This document shows positions 26,826 to 37,530 of a DNA stretch of 64,000 bases, in pieces. Positions within the stretch are counted from its first letter, which is position 1. Each line of letters begins with the position of its first letter. The position numbers and the translations under genes were made by a program. Source of the DNA: Adineta vaga (lineage: Eukaryota; Animalia; Rotifera); the NCBI GenBank assembly GCA_021613535.1, contig CP075497.1, positions 2,604,001 to 2,668,000 of the forward strand. The letters run 5' to 3'. The notes below the pieces were generated by a model, which saw nothing but the letters and a program-made list of their open reading frames with translations, did no database searches and had not been told where the DNA came from.

Positions 26826-29800
26826 GTAGGTAAAAGCGAATATGATATTTGATTGACTAATCTGAATGACAGAAAGTTGTTTATTATCAGATATTTATCT
26901 ATGATAAACTGAAAGAATGAAGAGATAAACAATATATTACTCTCGTCACTTGATGTTGTTGTTTTGATAATAGTTTCTTTTACGTAAGGTAAATAGAAGT
27001 GAATCCTGAGTTAGAAACCTGTTTCTAACGTGTGTTTTTTTATTTTATTTGATCAAAACGTGATTATCATTGAGTACTTTCGTGAGAATATTGTTTTTTT
27101 CTTTTACTAAATAAATTTTCATCAATGAAAAAAAGAAATATAAATATGTCATAGTATCAATAAAGTTTGATCGTCTGATGTTTTAATACTTAGAAAAACA
27201 ATTGATTTATCTATTAGTTCTTAGAAATTCTTTTCATATCGATACATTTTCTCATGTCTTGATCTTCTCATTGGAATATAAATTATTAATATATTGTATA
27301 TAAAATCTGTTTTCTGTTTTTATTATCTCGTCTCGATGATTATTAACAAATATTTTTTCAATGAATATTAGCTAGAAATATTAGATAAATGAAATAAAAA
27401 CATATTCAGTGCATACTTAGCTAAAGGCCAATAGCAGATGAAATGGCATCCTCTCTATTGTCATTATCTATTCAAAATAAAAATGCCAATATAACAATAT
27501 AAGTATGACTATATGATGCCATTTTAATATGAAATCTCGAGCTCGCTCAGTATATATTAAATAAGAAAACTTTTCTTCTTGTCATGCAATTCTTCTTCGT
27601 TTTCTCCTTATTCTTTTCTCTTATGTCGTCTTCTTTTTCTCTTTCTTCTTCTTCTTCTTTTATCGCGTAGTTTCAATGTATCTATGTGTGCAGGTTTTTC
27701 TTCTCATTTCTTCTTCGTTATACTATTACGTTCAGTATTTTTCATTTCCTCATATATTCCTCGTTGTCGAGTTTTGACTAATATATACCGTTGGTTCAGA
27801 TCCGAACGTTTAATAACTAGTGTCTCTCTGTTCTTTTCATTTAGTTTGTTTTCTCCTTCTGTCTTTTGCATTACTTTGCCTGGCTCTCCTTTCTCTTTTC
27901 TACATTCATCTGCAATGATTACAACAAAAACAAGAGAATGATGACGTCGATGACGAAGAGTGGTAGAACGCATACACACACTCTCCCATATATATATTCT
28001 ATATAGAAGAGCATTCTCTTCGTCGGCAGCGACGTGGCGACCATCACATGTATTAAATTCGATCAACATTACTATTTACCTCAGTCAAATAAATTGATTA
28101 AAGAGAAGGTAGAAATACCAATTATACTAAACAAAGTATATTTATATATCTCGAAAACGGTGCCCCATCGATTTGGAACGAGTTGGTGGCTGGTGGCCGA
28201 CAGATATGATGATGATGATGATTGGAATTATATGACCGAAGAGTCGAATGATATCACTCATTGCTCTTCACCACCGCTCAAGCGTATTAAATTAGGTAAG
28301 TAACTTGTAAGATAATAGAGAGATAAATAATTAATGCGTTTTGATCAATAAATCTTCTCTTCCAGTTACATTTAAAACGAGAAAGAAAAAACGATCCATT
28401 AGAAGACAAACTTGACTAAGTTTATAATGTTTAAGAAAAAAAGATGCTTATAAAAATGTGGCTCCCTCTGTTTAATTCATTAAGATGATTGTCACTTAGT
28501 CTATGGAAATGAAGGAGACGGATATGCGTGTGTATCTTAGCGACCATGTCGCCGATGATATTCTTATATCCGGATTTGAGTCTAGCACGCATGTATACCC
28601 ACAGATGACTGGTTAGTTTTTCTCTTCGTAAATTGTTTTTACTTTCTTTCCTTTTTTGTGTATATTTATAAAGAAATTTTACTTGAAAAATTTTCGCCTC
28701 AAACAAAACTTTGAACTAAATTATGAAAAAACGACATGTGTCGTTAACCAATCATAATAATTATTTATTTCATTAGATTAAAAACTATGTTCTTTTTTGT
28801 CTTTCAATCGATATAATGAGTTTTTTATCTACAAAAATTCGAAATTTTCATCATATTTTTGTCTATATAAAAATTAAAACCGTTATATCCAGGTGTCTAC
28901 TTATGTTTGTCCTTAAATAACATATAGTATCGTTTTTCTCTTTGTTTCTTTCGTTGTGTTTAACTCGTCAAAATAGTATAATCTGATTCTCTAAGCATTT
29001 CAGTAATTCATTGAATATAATTTATGACAGTTACCTGTCATGGATAGTAACTTGTATGATTTCTTTTTTGTTTTACGACTATACAGTAAATCATTCATCA
29101 TTCTAGTACTGATTGAATTCGTAACATGTTAGTGAACGATTACGCACAAGTGTTGTTTTTACATTCGAATAGACTCCATAAAAACGGTAATAGAAGGTTT
29201 CAATTCTTTATGATCGGAAAGAAAATTTGCACTGACTTTCTTTCTTTCTTTCTTGAAATGTTTCATTTTTACATATAATCGGAAGAAACAATTGATTGTT
29301 AAATATTATCTCGATTTTATTAGTTGATTCAATTATGAAAAACAAGAATTTCAATCGATAAGATTAATTACAGATTTGTCTTTTTTTTCCTCCAAGTACT
29401 TCTTTTCCTTACAGGACAAAAGATTAATGAACGAGATTGATAATCAGATATCGAATGATTGTTTCGTGATAGATAAAGTTAATAGGGCAATTATCTTATT
29501 ATTCTCATCATTTCGGATCTCATGTTCTTCATTTACATTATTCTGGTATGTTTCATCTTTTGTTTTCTAACAAATTACTTTTGCATGTCTTAGATACTTT
29601 TTTTCTTCATCTCCATGTAATATGACTATTCGAAAACGAGAGAGAGAGAAAAAAAAGACTTGAGAATAACGATTAGATCGATTTGTTTTCCTTTGTATAT
29701 TCTCAATTAGTTATTGCGATTTAATCTTGATTTTTCTTTTCTTTTCTCTTCTTTTTTTTATTATTCATCTCTATATCTTATCAAATAAGTTCGAGTTTTT

Positions 29801-32800
29801 GTTTTTGTCGAGAATATTTTTGTTGTTATTGTCTCTATTGACATTCTCTATGGAGTTAAATCTTTTTGACCTGGACTGTATATGTTAAGATTTGAATTCT
29901 TTTATTTAGTTTGCCTTATGACACCTTGTTATTATTGATGAAATAGGTTTCTTTTTTTATATAAATCGATTCTATACGAAATAAATAGAAGATAATAATA
30001 AGAGATAAGAGAATAGAAAGAGTTTTTACTCATTATTCATTGTCGGTAATCGACATTCTCTTTTATAAAAAAAAGTTTAGTCGGCGTCATTGTTGCATTA
30101 TTATTGCGTTCATCCTTAATCATAATTTGTAAAGCTTCTTCTGCTCTGTCGCATCAAGCAGTAGTATGTAGTAACAGCACGAGGCGAGCTCTTCTTCTTC
30201 TTCTTCTTCTTCTCTTTCCTTTTACCAACGGGCTGAGTCAACGAGAAGAGAAAGAGAAGGACGGAAACAAGAGGGCTGTTGTACTGCTAGTGTTACTTCT
30301 TCTCTCTTTTCTTCTTTCTCTGCTTTGGTTATTCGTCTTCGGGCTAGCTACCCTAAGAGTACGTCAGCAACTAGTGCCTTAACTCTTAGTAGTAGTGTTG
30401 GTTTATAGACGCAACAAAACGTCCACGCGCCTCGCCCGCACTATCGATTGCCTTTATACAATTCTTTCTAGTTTGCTTGCGCCTTCTAATAAAGACGCTC
30501 GTTCTTCTATTTCTTTTCCTCTCATCAGAATCATTGCTGTTGCAATCGCTCGTACGCCATCGTTACACATATTTATTTTGGTCGTTATTGTCGTCGGTGG
30601 TGGTCGCATGTTTTTGTTGTTGTTGTTGTTGTTGTTATTGCAAGACGAGGGAGTTTGCCGACGATGACATATGTCACAACTCACTACCGCGACGGCGTCG
30701 AATCAATTCTTCCACCATTACCATTATCATTATCATTATCATCAACAACAACAAAAACATTTCTTTCGTGTGATATTCGTCCTCGACGACATTCACGAGT
30801 TTGTTCATCATGAATCTTATCAAATGTTGTACCTCGACTCGTTCCTCATCCGATCATCAAAATCTAATAAATAATAATAACAACAAGAGTACATCAAAAA
30901 AGAAAACTCGTCATCGTTCCCCTACCAAATATGGCGGTATGTTCGGTATTCTCTCTTTTTTCATGTTCTTTCTTCGTCTTCGTCTTCGTCTTCTTCTTCT
31001 TCTCCTCTTTTCTTCATTTACCGATGCTCTTTTCTTCATATTCTAGCTCTAAGGTAATCCTTGATAGTTAAATCTATATCTAAATTGACAATTACATATT
31101 AGTATTCTCGAACATCACTAGCTTTATATATATATACATATGATCAAATATACATACATATGTAGATGCATACATAGATGAGAATATAGAAGTCTGTAGG
31201 TATACGTGTCTTTCACAATCTTACATTTTACCCTAGTGAGAAGGTATTGCATGTGTCTACTTTGCGTGTTATTAATTGATGCGTATGTATATACGTGCTT
31301 GCATATATGTTTCATGGTTTTTTTTGTTTTCGAACATGGTCACATAAAATAAGATAACATCAAGTCATCGTTATTACTACCTCATGTGCAATGATAGTTA
31401 GCTATTCAGAAACATAGAGGAAATGACAAAGGATGCTTATTATATTGCTGAACATGGAGCGAAAAAAAAGGGAAATAGAGAAATTGAGAGGAAAAAAAAG
31501 CTTTTTGTAATATGATATGATCTAAAAGAAATGCAAAAGATGATGATGAGGATGAGAATAATGTCAAAAAATTAACAATGAAATAAAAATGAAAGATTAA
31601 TAATAACTATAAGCATGAAAGAAATGGAATCTTATCTTTGACAATCTTTACATAGAAATTATGTATAATATATGCATGAAATTGACAGACTAAAGATTTC
31701 CTTTCTTTATTCATTTTTTCCTTTTCTAGCCAATTCTGAACCATTACCATCTTCGGTCACAGCCGATACAGTCAAAAATTATCTTTATGAACATCCTGAA
31801 TTTCTTGATTCATTTGTTGAACAAAATATCAATTCAAATACTATCAAACAATGGATGTCGAAAAAACCTCAAACAACGCAAGTTCAAGAACAATCAAGTG
31901 CATCGACATCAACTCATCTGCCTCGTTCTTCCCCTCCAACACCTCCATCATCATCATCATCATTATTAATACCAATAATTCTACCAGAACCAAACAATAT
32001 TTCATCATCAACAACAGACTTTTTATTATCAACAAATCCTGGTAAATAAAAAAACTAAGAAGAAAATTTATCATCATAGTTTGGTTATGTTTAATCATTT
32101 CGATGAATTTTCATATGATTTATGATAACATCTGTTTGCATTTTTGTTTCTTATGAAAGATCTTTATCGGATTTGTTTAGTTGGAATGACGACTACAACA
32201 ACAACAACGACTTCAATCGAACCATCATCTTCAACAATGTCATCTACAACAGCAAATTCCATGAGTAAAGTAAATAAAAATCTTCTAGTAATTTCTTTTC
32301 TTCTCAATTTGTCATGATTCTATCTTTTATTCTAGTTGACAGAATTAAGTAATCGACGTCGTTTATTACATGAATTAACAGATGAAGTTAATCAGAATGT
32401 AACGAAAGCTCAAGTTCTATATGAATTATGCAAATCAATTGCATCGAGTATAGTCAAATGAATTTCCTTTTTTTCTTTTCTATGATTTTTTAATTTACAT
32501 TTAATGTTTTTAGCAATATCAGCCGATGGATTTAATTTGTATTTGGTAGATGAAACTGGAAATTATATGCGATTATTCATTGCAGAAAATGATGAGTAAA
32601 TTTCTAATGAATTTCAAATGAAAAAATATCGAAATCGTTTCTTTTAGTGAACAAGCAGCTTCATTTGTTCCCATTGAAATTGGAATTGGTCGTTGTATTG
32701 CAGGTTATGTTGCAGCAACTAAAGAAATTGTTCGCATAAATAATACTGCTTTGGTAAAGAAAATATATTCGATATAAATTCTTTTTTCATCTCTTTATTT

Positions 32801-35800
32801 TTAGTTAACATCAGAAAAATATCCTGATGGTCTCTATATTAAAGATGATCAAGTAACTAGTGTTATGGCACATCCCATTGTGAATTCTCAAGGAAAACTT
32901 CTTAGTAAATGAAATATTCTTCTGAATTTTAATTCAATCTATTTGAAAATTAGGTGTAGTGGAATTCTATCGAACTGATGGAATAACTCCATTTTCTGAT
33001 GAAGATGAAGAAGTAAGTTTCTTATTCATATGAGCATTTTTCGTCGTTGTCCAATATTGTGAAGTATTGGTACTAAAATAACCTAGCTTTTTTTTCTAAT
33101 TGTCTATGCAAAATGATCTGCATATTATGAAGGAAAACAAATCCTTGTTATATGATAAACCTCTTTTGAAGAATTTCGTGATGCTTCAGTCGTAATTAGT
33201 GTTTTCCAACAATTAATCAGCTTTATATATTTTAATTAAACTTATTCTTTTATTCAATGTAGTCAATAATTTCATTCTCTTTTGCTTCAGGAAATTGTAA
33301 AATGCGTGAATGAGCTTTTCACCCAAACATATTACGAGGTATTAAATATGCACATCCTTTCTTTTCTACATTGTTTGATTCTTATATGTGTATATCTGCT
33401 TGCTTCGATATAAATCTTTGGTTTTTTTTTTGATATGTCACGAACATAATTCAATTTCATAATGCATGAATAACTAGCTCGTTTCAATTCAATTTTTTTC
33501 ATCTTGTTGCTTCGAAGAAAAAAACACAATGACAGAAATTCTGTTTTATTCTATTCTTTAGCTTTATCATACAATGACACGAGAACGACGTTTGAACGAT
33601 TTTCTTTTAACTGTGACGAAATCAATTTTCCAAGAACTTGTTAGTATGGATGTTGTGATGTTGAAAATCATGGTAAGAAAAGAAATACATAAATATTCAA
33701 ATCTATTCGTATGTTTTCTTTTAGAGTTATGCGAAAAAGTTAGTCAATGCTGATCGTGCTTCATTATTTATGGTTGATTCAAGAACAAAAGAACTTTATG
33801 CACGCATCTTTGATATTGGACGTGAAGAACATGATATGCTTGATTCATCTGCTATTAATGATAATGATGGAGAAAAGCGTTCAGCATCGGATGAACGTCC
33901 TTGTATACGTTTTCCTATGGATAAAGGAATCGCTGGTTATGTAGCAACAACAAGAGAAACATTAAATATTCTTGATGCTTATAGTGATAGTCGATTTAAT
34001 CGGTAAAGAATGAAAAATAAAAAATTGTTTTGTTTAATTGAAATGTCTTTATGTAGAGATATTGATCAGAAAACAGGTTATAAAACGAAGACACTTTTAT
34101 GTATGCCAATTATGATTCAAGGAAATGTAATTGGTGTTGTTCAAATGGTCAATAAAAAAAATGGACATTTTACTAAAAGTGATGAGGAATCATTTGAAAC
34201 ATTTGCTGTTTATTGTGGACTTGGTATGTTGAACTACTGAGAAATGAGTCTTTTTCTCTTATGAGATATAATCAAATTTTTTCTTTTCCATGTCATTTAG
34301 CTCTTCATCATGCATCACTTTATGATCGTATTCGTCGTTCGGAACAAAAGTGTAAAGTATCACTTGAAGTTCTATCGTATCACGCATCATGTACTGATGA
34401 AGAATACGAACGAATGAAAGCTTGTTCACTTCCTGAAAACATTCCATATCTCGAACGATTTGAATACTCACCATGGGATGTAACGAATGATCTTAAACCA
34501 ACTTATGTTCTATTTATGTTTCTTGATCTTGCTAATGTTGATCCATTATATGCGTATCGGTAAAATTAACCCAAAGAATTTGTTTTTAATATTTATTTGT
34601 TCTGATTTTATTTAGATTTGATATTGAATGTTTAATGAGATTTATATTAACTGTACGAAGAAATTATCGAAATGTTCCATATCATAATTGGTCACATGCA
34701 TTCAGTGTAGCACATTCAATTTATACTGTGATAAAACAAACAAAACATCAATTTTCACCCAATGATGTATATTCGATTTAGAATTACATTTCATAAAAAA
34801 AAGAAAATGAAACTTTTCTTTTAGTGTATTGCTCTGTTTGTTGCTTGCCTTTGTCATGATCTTGATCATCGTGGTAAAACCAATGCTTTTATGGTCAAAA
34901 GTGCATCAGCTCTTGCTTCAATTTATACAACTTCAACAATGGAACGACATCATTTCAATCAAACAGTTACCATCCTTCAAGTAAAGAACACATTTTCCAT
35001 CATATTCATCAATTAAATTCGTATATTGTTTTTAGACTGAAAATTTGAATATCTTTAAACATTATTCTTCGAAAGAATATCGACAAATGTTAGATGAAAT
35101 TCGTCATTGTATATTAGCAACTGATTTAGCATTGTTTTTTGAAAATCGTCCAAAACTTGAACGTATTGTTGATATGACAGATTTTAATTGGCATAACAAA
35201 GAACATTTGTAAGTTATGAAATGAAACACATTGTCTTTCATGCCTTATTTTAAACAACAAACAAAAAATAATTTTATAATTTGATTTTCGAAATCTGCCG
35301 CAATAATCCCTTTGTTTTAATATTTTATTTATCATCCTTTGTCACTGATTGTATTTGTGTGGTGATAGTGCCTGTTTTTCTTGACCTTGATCCTTTTTAA
35401 TACCGTGTGTTTGTGTGCATTATATTGACACATAGTTAGCACAGATTTTGACACTTTGGAATGATAATATCAACAAAGAAAAACTATTCTTTGATTATTT
35501 ATTGCACACATATGTTTTCGATTTATATTAATTCACAAATTCTTTTCTCTGTAGGCTACATTTGATGGAGCTCAGTATGACCGCTGCGGATTTATGTTCT
35601 TCATATAAGCAATGGGACGTGCAGCGGTCGAATGTGAGCGTCATCATGGAAGAATTCTTCCAGCAGGTGATTGAAAATTTCATACCTTTCCACTGCTTTA
35701 TCTGTCTCTCTTTCTGTGTATTCATAATTCACGACAAGAAAGCAGCACTTACTTTTATAGATGAATAGATTTCTCCCAGTATAGACACGCACTATTATCA

Positions 35801-36843
35801 CCACCAAATACAATTCGAGCAAATTGGATGTAAAGAAGAAAAAAAACGAAGGGAGAGCGGCTAAGAATTATTTTTGAACGAGTTTTATTCGTAATTTTGA
35901 CGTTCGATTGTTTATTTTTCTTTTTCAATTTTTACTTCCAGTCGACGATTACAATCAATAGCAATGACATCTGCCGATTTATGTGCTATGTATAAACCAT
36001 GGCAAGTTCAACAAGAAGTTGTCAGTACAATTATGGACGAGTTTTGGGAAGAGGTGTGCTTTTTTTCTCTATGTATCTGTAATTGCTGCTTTCTTCTAAT
36101 CGATAGAATGAAAAAGAGAGAGAGAAAGATGCATCAATTCTTCTTTTTTTGCTTTTGAATTTGATTTTATATGTTAACTATATTCTTTTCATGCAGGGTG
36201 ATGAAGAAAAAAGTCAAGGTCTTCAACCACAATCATTAATGGATCGATCTCTTGCTCATGAATTACCAAAAAATCAGGTAAATCTCACTTCTTTTGTTCT
36301 TTGAACTAAAGATAAATTCGTGTTACATTCTATAAGGAAAAAAAAAGATCATATTTAGTTGTGTTTATCTTGGGACTAACAACAATGATAGAATAATTTT
36401 ATTCTCTTCCGTCAAATGACAAGGGATTAAAAAGTAGAATGAAATCTTTTAGTAATCAGATTAAGATTTTCTCGTACTATTCCATTGAGACATTCCATTT
36501 TCTTTCTCTTTTTTTCATTAATATCTAATAAATCTTTTTTATTTCAGGTGAACTTTATTAAAAGTATTTGTCTCCCATGTTATTCATTAATGGCACGTAT
36601 TCTGCCAGAAACAATCCCAATGCTCAACGGAGCGAAGTAAATTTCAAATGAATCTTTGACTTTTTCATTCTGCTTAATTCTTTGTCTTTATGTAGAAGTA
36701 ATCTTCAACGATGGCAAGAATTAGCCGATGAAACTTTACAAAAAACTCAAACGAATAGAACTGCTACTGCATCAACGGATGATATGTCCAAATCTTCTCT
36801 AATTTCTCCAGCTAACAATAACGGTCAGCCAGCATCATCGTGA
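26720..36843 (+). CDS. PDE10-like GAF-GAF cyclic nucleotide phosphodiesterase with alternative first exons and mutually exclusive catalytic exons
   Basis: The common exon from 31730 encodes [27 protein letters not shown] (PDE10 N-terminal motif). Two GAF domains ([36 protein letters not shown]). Catalytic motifs [39 protein letters not shown] and [12 protein letters not shown] at 36841-36843. Confidence 0.92.
28232..28295 (+). CDS. PDE alternative first exon 1b ([21 protein letters not shown])
   Basis: Perfect AG|gtaagt donor in phase 1; ends in a monopartite NLS-like motif. Confidence 0.7.
28503..28611 (+). CDS. PDE alternative first exon 1c ([36 protein letters not shown])
   Basis: GC-richer open stretch from an ATG (in-frame TAG just upstream) to a G|gttagt donor in phase 1. 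Confidence 0.55.
30810..30936 (+). CDS. PDE alternative first exon 1d ([13 protein letters not shown]...[17 protein letters not shown])
   Basis: G|gtatgt donor in phase 1; N-terminal Cys-Cys plus a basic cluster. Confidence 0.7.
35297..35861 (+). promoter_or_regulatory. Intronic imperfect inverted repeat (arms 35297-35377 and 35783-35861) enclosing PDE exon A; candidate splicing-regulatory RNA duplex
   Basis: Nested complementary blocks: gccgc/gcggc, tccctttgtttt/aaaacgaaggga, tttatcatcctttg/caaattggatgtaaa and attgtatttgtgtggtgatagtgc/gcactattatcaccaccaaatacaat. Confidence 0.75.
35555..35666 (+). CDS. PDE mutually exclusive catalytic exon A (112 nt)
   Basis: ctgtag acceptor and CAG|gtgatt donor, phase 2-0; encodes [37 protein letters not shown]. 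Confidence 0.85.
35942..36053 (+). CDS. PDE mutually exclusive catalytic exon B (112 nt)
   Basis: ttccag acceptor and GAG|gtgtgc donor, phase 2-0; encodes [37 protein letters not shown]. Confidence 0.88.
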
Positions 36844-37176
36844 TATGCTTTTCGTTTTCTTTTTCTCAATCGGTTTTTTTTTGCTACAAAAGAAATGAAA
36901 TATTTTGAAAAAAATGATGTTTGTGTGTATTTTATTCTTTTGTTGTTTTTGTGTTTATTTTTTTCCTTATTTTTTTTTCTTCTCTTCGTTTCGGTTTTTT
37001 TTTCTCTTTTTTTTTATATACACAAAACAATGATGATCTTAATATTTCTAACTGCATCATTCTCCAAAAATGAACGTTTTCTTTTATTTTCACATAGAGA
37101 CAAATGACAATAACGATACATCTTTGTTTTTATGAAAAAACACACAAACGCAAATGACTAAATACATATTATGTAT

Positions 37177-37209
<33 letters not shown>

Positions 37210-37530
37210 AAAAGAGCGACAAGAGGACAATAAACGATGAGAAATAAGATAGAGGACAATGTTTTGTTTTCTTTTCATCAAAGAATTACTGATATAATAA
37301 TAACAACAACAAAAACAAAACAAACAATGTTGTCTAGTATAAATTTGCTTCTTCTGTAAATATGTCAATATATGCGTATGTGTGTAATGAAGAGAGAGAG
37401 AAAGATATGTATTCGTGCGGAATTGGTCAGCGCGCGAAAGAGAGAAATGATGCTTAAAACATCAAACAAACAAGAAAGAAAAAAAGAAAGTTTAGAGGAA
37501 AAAAAACAAAACAAATAAATGAATGAATGT

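Noticed and set aside
30345-30400. Hairpin ctaagagt...actcttag resembling a pre-miRNA
   Set aside because: Only an 8-bp perfect stem plus a short extension; no recognisable miRNA; plausible by chance.
30104-30874. Cluster of overlapping ORFs with poly-L, poly-C, poly-N and poly-H runs
   Set aside because: Products of (CTT)n, (TTG)n and (CAT)n microsatellites in the leader of PDE exon 1d.
35555-36053. Duplicated PDE segment read as an assembly artefact or an internal tandem domain
   Set aside because: The copies are strongly diverged at DNA level, have separate splice sites, and cannot both be included without a frameshift.
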